64,000 nucleotides of DNA from Octopus vulgaris (Eukaryota). Positions 42,327 to 54,807 of the stretch are shown here, one piece after another; the first letter of the stretch is position 1; each line of letters opens with the position of its first letter. Below the pieces are notes generated by a model that had not been told where the DNA came from, did not search any database, and was given only the letters and a program-made list of their open reading frames with translations. The stretch spans positions 79,546,001 to 79,610,000 of the forward strand of contig OX597824.1 of the NCBI GenBank assembly GCA_951406725.2. The letters are read 5' to 3'. The position numbers were made by a program, and so were the translations under genes.

Positions 42327-42361
42327 TATCTGAAGAAGGAATATTATTCTGAAATATCATA
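42327..42361 (+). ncRNA. Minimal hammerhead motif (H5)
   Basis: UAU-CUGAAGA-A-GGAAUauuAUUCU-GAAA-UAUC-AUA; preceded by an inverted repeat 42224-42257/42294-42327. Confidence 0.55.
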
Positions 42362-42437
42362 GACTATGGATGACTAAATTACAACAGGTAATTGTCTGTA
42401 TTATAGTGCATTGTTAAAATTTTCAAAACTTTTTATT

Positions 42438-42952
<515 letters not shown>

Positions 42953-43485
42953 TTATATATATCTAGGTGCAGGAGTGGCTGTGTGGTAAGTAGCTTGCTT
43001 ACGAACCACATGGTTCTGGGTTCAGTCCCACTGCATGGCACCTTGGTCAAGTGTCTTCTAATATACCCTCGGGGCCGACCAAAGCCTAGATGTAGAAATT
43101 CCAATGAAGGAGCCTTGGATCTAGGTTAGAAACCAGTTCATTCTCTATTGGCAAGAAATCTTGAAATAAACTGAATAATGACAAACATTCATACATATAT
43201 ACGTACATATATAAAACACATACATTCTTTTATTTTTAACAATTTTAAAATTATTTTATTTGTTTCAGTCATTTGACTATGGCCATGCAGGAGTGCTTCT
43301 TTGAAGGGATTTGTTTTTAATGGAACAAATCGACTCCAGGAGTAATGTTTTTTAAAGCCAAGAACTTACTCTATCAGTCTCTTTTGCTGATCCACTAAGT
43401 TACAGGAATGTAAACTCATCAACACCAGTTGTTAAGCAGTGACGGGATGGGGGGACAAACACAGAAACACACGCATAGATACATA

Positions 43486-43916
43486 TACTCTTTTACTCTT
43501 TTACTTGTTTCAGTCACTTGGCTGCGACCATGCTGGAGCACCACCTTAAGTTGAAGAAATCGACCCCAGGACTTATTTTTTGTAAGCCTAGTACTTATTC
43601 TATTGGTCTCTTTTGTTGAACCACTAAGTTATGGGAATGTAAACACACCAACATTGGTTGTCAAGCAATGGTTGGGGAACAAACACAGACGCACAAATAC
43701 ATACATACATACATACATACATACATACATACATACACACACATACATACATATACACACACAATGGGCTTCTTTCAATTTCTGTCTACAAAATCCGCTC
43801 ACAAGGCTTTAGTTGGCCTGAAGCTATAGAAGACACTTTCCGAAGGTGCCATGCAGTGGGGCTGAACCCAGAGCCATGTCGTTGGAAAGTAAGCTTCTTA
43901 CCACACAGTCACTCCT
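43486..43916 (-). mobile_element. SINE family A
   Basis: Matches family A. Confidence 0.85.
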
Positions 43917-44533
43917 ATATATACAATAGGCTTCTTTCAGTTTCTGCCTACCAAATCCATTCACAAAGCTTTGGTCTGCCCAAGGCTATAGTAGAAGACT
44001 ATAGAAGACAAAATTGTACCAAATAGTAGAAGACTGTAGAAGTCTAAATTGCCATGCAGTGGGATTGAACCCGGAACCATGTGGTTGGGAAGCAAGCTTC
44101 TTACTAAACAACCACATCTGATATATTTAAATCCACTAATAAGGTTTTGGTCGGCTCTTTGGTAGAAAACATTGGCCCTAGTTACCACACAGTAGGATTG
44201 AACCCAAAACCATGTAATCAGGAAGCAACCATCTTATCCACACGACCACACCTGTTCCTGTTCCTTCAAGCACCTAGGCTCAATAAAGTATGGCTACAAG
44301 TCAGAGATACAATGAGTCGGTGATGTGTGTTGATATGGAAGCCTTCGGTTCTTCCTTGTGCTTTTTCTTAGCAATCAATCTGTGACAGTAAATATTGTCC
44401 ATTTCTGTGTCTGTTGATGTTATATAATAACATCTCAACGCTGCATGTTTATATAACAATCTGTAATTTAAGCTCATAATCTTTCTCACAGTCTTAACTC
44501 TTCCATATTCTCTCTCTCTCTCTCTCTCTCTCA

Positions 44534-44573
<40 letters not shown>

Positions 44574-44716
44574 TCACTTTCTCATTTCCCCAGTCACTCT
44601 TTCACTTTGTCACCTGTCATTCCTTCATTTCTCTCTCTCTCTCTCTCTCTCTTGCACTTTTTCCGTTTCTCTATCTGGCTATTTCTCTCTCTTGCTTCAC
44701 TCTTTTCTTTCTCTTC

Positions 44717-44793
<77 letters not shown>

Positions 44794-45129
44794 TCCTTCT
44801 TTCTTTCTTTCTTTCTTTATATTTTCTACTTCTCTTACCAATTTGTGTCTAGATATTCCTCTTCCTACTTCCTTCTCTCAGTAAAATATTGAAGCAGTCT
44901 GGTCAGCAAATAGTTGACTGAAGTAGTAGTAGTATTAGTCGTAGTAGTGGTGGTGGTGGTGATGATGGTAGTAATAGTTGTAGTTGTAGTAGTAGTAGTA
45001 GTAGTAATAGGCATATAATATTTATTATAATCTATTAATACCTCAATCTTGTGTTTATAAGTCAACAGTGACTTGTCAGCATCTCTTTGAACTACCAGAA
45101 GGTCTTTTGTGTGTGTGTTTGTATAGTAC

Positions 45130-45193
<64 letters not shown>

Positions 45194-45380
45194 TTACTTG
45201 GAAATGGATGCGTAAGGCATATACATACATACATATGTACGTAAGTACATGTGTGTGTGTATAATGTTTGTTTTTATGCATAGTTGTTTATGAAAACAGT
45301 TGAGCATTAATTATCATATCACTCAGTACATTTAAGTCAAGTATCACATATATTTGTACAAGAAAATGGGGTTTGTCAGA

Positions 45381-45426
45381 ACAGTCTGATGAATCCAGTG
45401 CCTGGTGAAACTTAAAAAGTTAGTGT
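45381..45426 (+). ncRNA. Type I hammerhead-like motif (H6)
   Basis: ACAGU-CUGAUGA-AUCCAGugcCUGGU-GAAA-CUUaaaAAG-UU-AGUGU. Confidence 0.5.
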
Positions 45427-45466
45427 CAATCATTTTCCTCTTCATCATCATCATCATCACCACCAC

Positions 45467-45501
<35 letters not shown>

Positions 45502-46309
45502 CCATCATCATCATCATAACCACCATCGCCATCGTCACCACCGACCACCATCGCCACCACCACTACCACCACCACCATTATCATTTAATATCTGTTTTCC
45601 ATGCTGGCATGGGTAGGACGCTTTGACAGCAACTGGGAAGTCAGAAGACTGTACTAAGCTCTGCCTGTCTGTTTTGGGCATAATTTGTACAGCTCTTTCT
45701 AATGCCACCCACTTTACAGGAGTGTACTGGGTAGTTTTTACATGGCACCAGCATCAGTGAGGTCGCCAAGTGACTTACAGGACAAGGCCCTGCACTAGGG
45801 TGGAGTAGTATTGAGGGAGAGAAAAGGACTCTTGAATTTCATTCCATAACGGTTACCTCTGAAGAGTGCAGGGTTACATAATTGGACTGTTGCCTAACAC
45901 TTCATTGAACACCTGGTTGGAAACTGAGTGGTAAGATCGGTCATAAGGGATATACAGGGTGTCCCAAAAGTCACTGATGGTTTTCAGTTTTTAATAACTT
46001 CCTTAACTTTACAAATAAATGCATGAAATTTTGATACAATATAAAGGACATAATGGAGATTAATATGCGTGAGTCAAATTTTGCAACACCACTACATCAC
46101 ATATGGAAAAGGACATCATTTAAATGGCAGCCATTCTGTCTACCAAATCCACTTACAAAGCTTTGGTCGGCCTGAGATTATAGTAGAAGACACTTGGCCA
46201 AGGTGCCACACAGTGGGACTGAGCTAGGAGCCATCTAGTTAGTAAGCAAGCTACTTACCACACAGCCACTCCTGTGCCTATATATATATATGCTCTTATA
46301 GAACATGAC

Positions 46310-47370
46310 AAAATAAGGTTCCTTTTTCCACATAATCCTTCTTTTAGTCCTCACACTTCCATCAGTGTTGCAATGCTCGAATCCCTTTGGTAAAGAAGCT
46401 TTCATCTTGTTGGTAAAAAAAAAAAATCATCAACACCAGATATGATGTCATCGTCACTGCAATACAGGTTCTCAGACATGTGCTTTTTTGTGCTGGAGAA
46501 CAGATGATAGTCCAATGGGGCCAAATCAGGAGAATAGGGAGGTTGATTAACCTTTTCAAAATCTTAGTAATGCACAGCAGGCATTGAAACCTATTTCTTT
46601 ATTACCCACAAGGGGCTAAACACAGAGGGGACAAACAAGGACAGACATAGGTATTAAGTCGATTACATCGACCCCAGTGCGTAACTGGTACTTAATTTAT
46701 CGACCCCGAAAGGATGAAAGGCAAAGTCGACCTCGGCGGAATTTGAACTCACAACGTAACGCAGACAAAATACCGTTAAGCATTTCACCCGGCGTGCTAA
46801 CGTTTCTGCCAGCTCGCCGCCTTGAAACCAAGGACTTGTGTGCTGGAACATTGCCCGATGAAACAAGGCCCCTTTTGTCAGTTTCGCTGGGCATTTGGTC
46901 TTGATAGCCTTTTGTAACTGTCTCAGCAAGTTGGCATAGCACTCTCCATTGATAGTGTAGCCCCTTTGATGATGGTCAATAAACACAATGCTCTTTGCAC
47001 TCCAAAACCCGAGGCTGTTACCTTCTTTGCGGATGAAATGACCTTGGTAAGTGAGGAGGGATGTTTCCACTGCATGGATTATTTCTTTGTCTCAGCTCAA
47101 AATGAGGAAGCCAACACTCACCCCAGGAATCTGCTAGATCTGCCTGAAACAATGTCAGATTTTCCTGTGATGTGATCAGTCTGGTGTACTTTTGATCATG
47201 TGTCAGAAAGCATGTCCCCCACCAAGCAGAAACCTTCATCATGCCACGTTCACTGGGCAGAATATTTCCAACTCTCTCACGAGATATGCTAATAGGATAG
47301 GCTTTATCTTCAATTGCCTGTCATGCATGATCGATGCTTTTCTTGGTGGTGGCAGTTACAAGATGTCCAG
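46310..47370 (-). mobile_element. Second, older mariner family transposase remnant, interrupted by SINE-B
   Basis: MKVSAWW, FWSAKSIVFIDH...TINGECYANLL...LTKGALFH, SPDLAPLDYHLF. Confidence 0.8.
46592..46821 (-). mobile_element. SINE family B monomer, TSD TTGAAACC
   Basis: Direct repeats at 46584-46591 and 46822-46829. Confidence 0.88.
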
Positions 47371-47587
47371 ACTTTAGGTTGACTTGGTGTTCGAGTTTCA
47401 TCTCTAGTGGATTATTCAACCAGTGTTGAATAAGTGAGTCCTAACAGGCATGACTGTGTGGTTAAGAATCTTGCTTTGCAGCCTCAGGATTTGGAGTTCA
47501 GTTCCACTGTATGGCACCTTGAGTAAGCATCTTCTACTGTAGCCCTGGGCTTATCAATGCCTTGTTAGATGGAAACTGTATGGAAGT

Positions 47588-47644
<57 letters not shown>

Positions 47645-47690
47645 CCAACCCATGCTAGCATGGAAAATGGACGTTAAGCGATGATGATAT

Positions 47691-47957
47691 ATATATAATT
47701 TAGAGAAAAACCACTATTAAACAATTCAATGAAGAAAGATGTTATGCACACCATATAGAAAACATATACCATAAAAAAAAACTTATTTTAAATCAATAAA
47801 GTACAATTAATAGTAAATAGTAAATAGTAAATAGTAGTTTACTATTTATTGTACTTTATTGATTTAAAATATGTTTTTTTTAATAGTATATGTTTTCTAT
47901 ATGGTGTGAATAACATCTTTCTTCTTTGAATTGTTTGATAGTGGTTTTTCTCTAAAT

Positions 47958-47964
<7 letters not shown>
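47691..47964. repeat. AT-rich ~125-bp-arm inverted repeat in TA tracts
   Basis: TAATTTAGAGAAAAACCACTAT... versus ...ATAGTGGTTTTTCTCTAAATTA; centre (TAGTAAA)n. Confidence 0.85.
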
Positions 47965-48013
<49 letters not shown>

Positions 48014-48025
48014 CTTATTCCATAT

Positions 48026-48423
48026 AGGCGCAGGAGTGGCTGTGTGGTAAGTAGCTTGCTAACCAACCACATGGTTGCGGGTTCAGTCCCACTGCGTGGC
48101 ATCTTGGGCAGGTGTCTACTGCTATAGCCCCGGGCCGACCAATGCCTTGTGAGAGGATTTGGTAGACGGAAACTGAAAGAAGCCTGTCGTATATATGTAT
48201 ATATATATATGTGTGTGTGTGTGTTTGTGTGTTTGTCCCCCTAGCATTGCTTGACAACCGATGCTGGTGTGTTTACGTCCCCGTCACTTAGCGGTTCGGC
48301 AAAAGAGACCGATAGAATAAGTACTGGGCTTACAAAGAATAAGTCCCGGGGTCGATTTGCTCGACTAAAGGCGGTGCTCCAGCATGGCCGCAGTCAAATG
48401 ACTGAAACAAGTAAAAGAGAGTA
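48026..48423 (+). mobile_element. SINE family A (young, full length)
   Basis: Nearly identical to 793-1196. Confidence 0.9.
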
Positions 48424-48657
48424 CAGGGTGTTTAAAAAGTCTCTCAGCAGTAAGTATTTAATGGCTTTTGGGCGATTCTTGTAAACTGATCCTTTATGTA
48501 CTCCCCAGAAAAAAAATATTTGGTGGTGTTAAATTAGGTGATCTTGGTGACCAAAGTCCCTTCGAAATGATCCATTCACTGAAAATCTCTTGAAGTAGCT
48601 CCATGGTGATATGAAGGATGAAAAAATTCACTGCAGAGAGACTTTTTGAACACCCTG
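48424..48657. mobile_element. Tc1/mariner-superfamily deletion derivative (MITE) with TA TSD
   Basis: TA|CAGGGTGTTTAAAAAGTCTCTC ... GAGAGACTTTTTGAACACCCTG|TA; internal WSPRSPNLTP on the minus strand. Confidence 0.82.
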
Positions 48658-49006
48658 TATTATATATTTTGAAGTGTTTCAGTCATTGAATAGCTGCCAT
48701 ATAGGGGCACGGCACTCTCCTAAAGGTTTTAGTTGAAGAAACTGACCCCTATAGTTATTTTTAAGTCTGGTACTTATTCCATCAGGCTCTTTTGCAAAAC
48801 TGCTGAGTTACAAGGACATAAACAAACCATCACCAATTGTCATGTAGTAGAGGAAGAGACAAATACAAATAGAAAGATACATGATTCTTCAGCCATTGTT
48901 TACGACTAACAGATATTTCAGTTCTATATTTAAGAGATGAGGAATTATGTACATCATTTACATTATTTACGTTTGACGGATATTTGTCCTCATCTTGTTT
49001 GTTGTT

Positions 49007-49052
49007 AACACAAAGTTTCGGCTGATATACCCTCCAGCCTTCATCAGGTGTC
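49007..49052 (-). ncRNA. Minimal type I hammerhead motif (H1)
   Basis: GACAC-CUGAUGA-A-GGCUGgaggguauauCAGCC-GAAA-CUUU-GUGUU. Confidence 0.72.
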
Positions 49053-49089
49053 TTATTAACAACAACAACAATAACAACAATAATAATAA

Positions 49090-49485
49090 TACTCTTTACT
49101 CTCTTTTTACTTGTTTCAATCATTTGACTGTGGCCATGCCGGAGCATTGCCTTTAGTCGAGCAAATCGACCCCAGGACTTTTTTTTTGTAAGCCTAGTAC
49201 TTATTCTATTGGTCTCTTTTGCCAAACCGCTAAGTAATGAGGGCGTAAACACATCAGCATCTGTTGTCAAGTGATGTTGTGGGGACAAACACAAAAACAC
49301 AACACACAAACATACACATATATACAACGGGCTTCTTTCAGTTTCCGTCCACCAAATCCACTCACAAGGCTTTGGTTGGCCTGAGGCTATAGTAGAAGAC
49401 ACTTGCCCAAGTTGCCACGCCGTGGGACTGAACCCAGAACCATGTGGTTGGTAAGCAAGCTACTTACCACACAGCCACTCCTACG
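49090..49485 (-). mobile_element. SINE family A between two inverted H1 copies
   Basis: Matches family A. Confidence 0.88.
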
Positions 49486-49553
49486 TCTTTAATAATAATA
49501 ATAACATCGAAAAATACTTTAGGAATGAGAACCCAGGTTCGAAATTTCCACAA

Positions 49554-49596
49554 GACACCTGATGAAGGCTGGAGGGTATATCAACCGAAACGTGTT
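49554..49596 (+). ncRNA. H1 hammerhead copy with the cleavage triplet deleted
   Basis: GACAC-CUGAUGA-A-GGCUG...CAACC-GAAA-C-GUGUU. Confidence 0.6.
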
Positions 49597-49966
49597 AACA
49601 ATAAAAAAGATGAGGACAAATATCTGTCGAATGTAAATAATATAAATAATGATTAGATATTTGTTCTTATTTTTCCTCCCATGTTGGAGACACACATTTA
49701 GGTTTATTTTGTTTTATATTGTTTCAATCAAAAAAAAAAAAAAACCTAACATTTTTTCTGTATTTTCTTCCTCTTTTCTTCTCCTTTCTTTCATTCTAGT
49801 TGATCAGGCTTAACCATATTGTTTTCTGTGTTCTTTGTATTATTTCCATCATTGTCTGTCGCACTTAAATATTTATCTGTATATATATATTTTTTGTGTC
49901 TTGTGTGTCATGTCTTTATTGTTTGTCTGTTGCACTGATTAATATTTCATTATATTAAATAAGAGT

Positions 49967-50270
49967 GTGGAGGCACATGGCCTAGTGGTTAGAGCAGCGG
50001 AATCACAGACGAGGAATCATGGGTTTGAATCTCAGACCAATCGATGTGTGTGTTTATGAGCAAAACACCTAAGCTCCACGCGGCTCCGGCAGAAGGTAAT
50101 GGCAAACTTCTGCTGACTCTTTCGCCACAACTTTCTCTCACTCTTTCCTCCTGCATCTTGCAGCTCACCTGCGACGGACTGGCGGCCCGTTCAGGTGGGG
50201 AACCTATACGCCAAGGAAACCGGTCCTATGAGCCAGGTGTGACTCAAGAAGGAACAAACAACAACAACAT
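49967..50270 (+). mobile_element. SINE family D
   Basis: Homologous to 24790-25097; (AAC)n tail. Confidence 0.82.
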
Positions 50271-50280
50271 TAATAAATGA

Positions 50281-50875
50281 GTGAGTTGGCAGAACCTTTC
50301 TGATTATAAATATCTTGGGTCATGCATATCATCATCTGGAAAAGACTTTCTAACTAGAAAGGGTATGGCCTGGTCAGCCTGCAATGACATGCATAAGATC
50401 TGGTCATCAAATCTAAGTAGAGACTTCAAACTTGAAATATTCAAAGCCACAGTCGAACCAATTCTACTATATGGCTCAGAAACCTGGACGTTATCAAAGA
50501 AGCTTGAGAGGCGGTTGGATGGAACCTACACTTGCCTCCTTATGGGAGCTCAAAATCTCTCGTGGAAGCGCCATCCAACCAAAATGCAAATATATGGGAA
50601 ACTACCACCTGTGTCATCTCTTGTGAAAAGTAGGAGAGTCCAGTTTGCTGGACATTGTTGTAGAGCTGAAAAAGAAGTAATTTCTACTCTTCTCCTCTGG
50701 AAGCCATCTACTCGCAATACCAGAGGGCGCACACTCTCCTACCCTGATGTAATCTCCAGGGATACAGGCATCCAGCAACAGGACCTCCGTAATGCTATGA
50801 TGGACCATGAAGTCTGGCGTAACATAGTAAATTCTGTTGTCTCGACCACGGTCGAACAATGATGAATGATGATGA
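50281..50875 (+). mobile_element. RTE-clade LINE, 5'-truncated, ORF open to its stop at 50862
   Basis: DYKYLGSCISS...LLYGSETWTL...; near-identical to 13627-14118; (TGA)n tail. Confidence 0.9.
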
Positions 50876-51225
50876 GAACCTTTAGCATGCTGGGCAAAAT
50901 GCTTTGTGGCAGTTCGTCCATCTTTACGTTCTGAGTTCAAATTCCACTGAGGCTGATTTTTGCTTTTAATCATTTTGGGGCTTGATAAAATAAGTACCAG
51001 TTGAGTACTAGGATTAATGTAATCGACTTAGCCCCTGTCCAAACTTGCTGGCCTTGTACCAATCAATATTCAGTTTTCTCAGTTCTTCTTTGTCTTGTGT
51101 TTTCCAGATAGATCAATGCTTAACAACCATATGAAAACCTAGACATTACAAACTAGGCTTTATAATATACTTCCATGAACAAATATCTTGTAAACATGTT
51201 AATGAGAAAACTATATTTTCTAGTT

Positions 51226-51393
51226 GTATATTTGCCATTTAAATATGGCTAACCCCTAAGGGTGGATGCTACTGTAGTTTGTAGCCCCAGGGGGACTCCT
51301 CCTCCAGCTGGCTTTAGGAGGTGTCCTCCTGGGGCTACAAACTACAGTAGCATCCACCCTTAGGGGTTAGCCATATTTAAATGGCAAATATAC
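51226..51393. repeat. Near-perfect 78-bp-arm inverted repeat
   Basis: 51226-51303 versus 51316-51393. Confidence 0.9.
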
Positions 51394-51705
51394 GTCACAA
51401 TGTGTTGCAGCTTCTGTTTATAACTCGCTCTAAGATTTATTATATATTTTCTAGAAAACAAGTTAATATAGTATATAGTGTAAATACATCATGAAAACAT
51501 TTAAAATTCATCACTATCATTTACATTATTTACATTTGATGGATATTTGTCCTGTTAGTGTAGCTAATGATGTGCAGTGCTGTTGTAAACACTGAAACTG
51601 CAAAATTCCCCTTGTTTGAAAGGAAAATACCACTTTTACTCAGTTATTCTTCTCTCGTATTATGACTATTTTGGTTTCTCTCTCTCTCTCTCTCTCACAC
51701 ACATG

Positions 51706-51754
<49 letters not shown>

Positions 51755-52340
51755 GAAGGAGTCAAAGGATATCTAGATAATCAGTATATACAATTTACTC
51801 GGGCTGTACCAAGTTACCAGACTCTGACCCAGGTTAAATCAACGTTAAGGACATCTTGAATTCTCTCCTCTTTCATCTTTGAGCTCACCTGTCTCTGCCG
51901 AATTGTTATGAACTTTCACTTTCCAGATCTTTCCAGGTCTCCTGTTATATTTATTTGTCTGTGTGTGTGTGTGTGTGGGCATTTTTGTATCTGTTCTTTG
52001 TCTTGCTATCCCTCGCTAATTGTAAACGAATGATACTGTCATACAAGTGGTGATGCTCATTTGTAGTCTTCTGTGTAAACAGTTTAGCTATTGCCCTGTT
52101 CATGTTCCGAGGATGTGAAGAAATATTACTTTGCTTGGAGACAGGTGAGGGTTGGCAACAGGAAGGGCATCCAGCTGTAGAAAATCTACTTCGGTAAACT
52201 TTGTCCAACCCATCCAAGTATAGAAAAGTGGACATTAAAAACTTGATGATGATGATATCATCATTGTCATCACCATCATCATTTAATGTTTGTATATTAT
52301 AAAGTGGTTGGCATTTTGAAGAGTATCCAACTGTCAAAAC

Positions 52341-54290
52341 CAGTGTTTCCCAAACTTTTCACACCAAATTGCAATATCACCCACCTATCGGACAAAAAAT
52401 GCTCCATTGCCTACCTATTTCTTTATTGCCCACAAGGGGCTAAACATAGAAGGGACAAACCAGGACAGACAAAGGGATTAAGTTGATTACATTGACCCCA
52501 GTGCGAAAGGATGAAAAGCAAAGTCGACCTTGGAGGAATTTGAACTCAGAACGTAACGGCAGACGAAATACCGGTAAGCATTTCACCCGGCGTCTTAACG
52601 GTTTGCCATCCTATTGGCTAAAAAATGCTTCGTCACCCACTTGTGTACAAAACCCCCTGACACAACCTCCCAACACAAAATCCCCTTGGATCGCCCCACT
52701 TGTATTAGTTGACACACAATATCGTAGACTCATTACCCTATTAGTGCCGTTTGGATTAAATATGCGGTTGTTTACAAATCCCTTATTGTGGGTTTAGTTT
52801 TGCCATTAGTGTGAATAAATTTCTAATGTTAACTCTATATTATGCAGATAGATTAACTTCTGGGAACTTGCGCTTTCTTTTACACTGATTTTCATTTTCC
52901 CCAAATGAACCATTGATCAGAATTACTGATGCAAAAATAATTAATGATTGTATTATAAAGGAAAAGAATAAAGCTTTTTAATGAGAACCATGTGTTTGGT
53001 GCAATGCAGCTAGTGCAGATACATTCAGTTTCAAACTTGTCTACTTTAGCCACAAGTCCCCTCGTTGTATCACATCCAATCCAATTCTTTTATTGGAAAA
53101 TAAACTTCCAACTTGCTTAAAAACAGGCTCAACCAGGTATGAGGTAGGGAAGGCAAGCAAAAGTAGTTTCAGATGTTTCCACAGATTAGGGTAGGAATTT
53201 GATATACTTTGATCGTACCACAAGCCTCCTTTGCCATTATGGCGATATCGCATTGTGGCATCATTGTCATTTTGTAATTTTATCAATTCCCCCTCAACAT
53301 CATCCTTGCAATTGACTGCATCGACCTCAAATGGATTGCTATACCAATTTAGAATATTCAGCGCAATAACATCTTGAAATCGCTCCATCATGTTATCATG
53401 CAATGATTGTAAATAGTTGGGATATGTAGTTAAATCCTCATCAACCAATTCATCTATCAAAGAATCTAGTTGTGGAAATTGATGGAATTGACATTTTGAA
53501 ATGTTAGCCTTAAATAACACCAATTTTGAAATGGAGGTAGTGATAAATGATTTACAATCAACAAGAGTTTTTCTGTTTCCTTGCAATAACTTATTCAAAT
53601 CATTTAATTTTGTGAATATATCACAAAGAAAAAAGACATTGCACCTTGCAGCCACCAATGAAACGGATATTGGAGTATCTTCAAAGAAAAAGATATTATA
53701 TGAAATAGTTCAACAAAGCGTAAAACACAGTTTCCTTTTGACAGACACTGCACTTCTGTATGGTATAAGAGTTTTGTATAGTTCTCATCATTTCTCAGAC
53801 AGAATTGATAGAAAATTCAATCAGACAAGGGACTGGACTTCAATTTGTTCACAGTCTTGATAAGTAACTGTAGTGCGTCATCCAATCTACTGTTCATATT
53901 TTTTGCCACAAAATGCTGCCGGTGCGCCAAACAATGAGCAATTAGTATCTGGTGGGAAATTTCACTCTTTAGGAGAGATGGAAAACCTCCGTATCTTCCT
54001 ATCATTGAAGGGGTTCCACCAGATGCACAGGCAGAAATATTACTTAGTGGGATATTATGTTCAAAAAGGAAAGGCTTGAGAGTATGAAAAATAGTTGCAC
54101 CTTTTGAATCAAGTGGCAATTTCTCTGTGAACAGCATTTCCTCACAAGGTTGAAGGTCTTCGCTGAAATACCGAACAAATACCAAGTGGTGCGAGTTGAA
54201 TTTTTGTTTGTATGGAGATAATGTTGTGCATGTTTTGGCATTATATGACCTTATCAGTGAAACTTGCTGTTTTTTCTTTCTCTCCCCCAA
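52341..54290 (-). mobile_element. hAT (Buster/Charlie, ZBED8/SCAND3-like) transposon remnant with one TIR and a nested SINE-B at about 52415-52600
   Basis: TIR CAGTGTTTCCCAAACT at 52341; LVFVRYF...EEMLF, GTPSMIG, AHCLAHRQH, DIFTKLNDLNKLLQG, LLAFPTSYLVE. Confidence 0.88.
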
Positions 54291-54807
54291 CCTAGTTCTT
54301 CTGGTATTGCTTCTTCTTCAATTCACTCTTTTGATTCTGTTGCCTTGAACAATGGAGATGATGTAAAATACTGAAGACTCTTTTGTCTTGCAGAGTACAA
54401 GGCAAACTCACTAATGCTGGTGCAAGGAAAGAATACCCCCCCCCAGTATACCTTCTAAAGTGTTGACAAATGAGCAAGGGCAACTACTTAGTGTTACTGA
54501 GGACATGACGAATTCTCTAAGGCTTGTACCATGATAAAGTTCATCTAGTCCCCTGTATAATGTGGCTAGTGTTAGGATGAGTATCTAGCCAACGAAACTT
54601 TGCTAAAATTGGAACGTATAAGGGAGATGTGCTCCCGCAACTCATCTAAGAGAGCAATAATACTGAAGAAGAAGTAAATTGTACTTCAATGAGATATCCA
54701 TCTTATGCTAGTATCACATATAAAAAACTGATGATGATGTATGTATGTAAATATATATATATGTATGTATATATGTGTGTATGTATGTATGTATATATAT
54801 GTATATA

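Noticed and set aside
43090-43150. Hammerhead-like CCAAUGA...AGCCU/AGGUU...GAAACCAGUU
   Set aside because: Core mismatches and unclear helix I; cannot be called without a family consensus
53041-54290. Domesticated ZBED8/SCAND3-like host gene
   Set aside because: Frameshifts, stops, a truncated 5' end and a retained TIR indicate a decayed hAT transposon
54660-54700. CUGAAGA-A-GAAGUA/UACUUC stem
   Set aside because: No GAAA after helix II; at best a remnant
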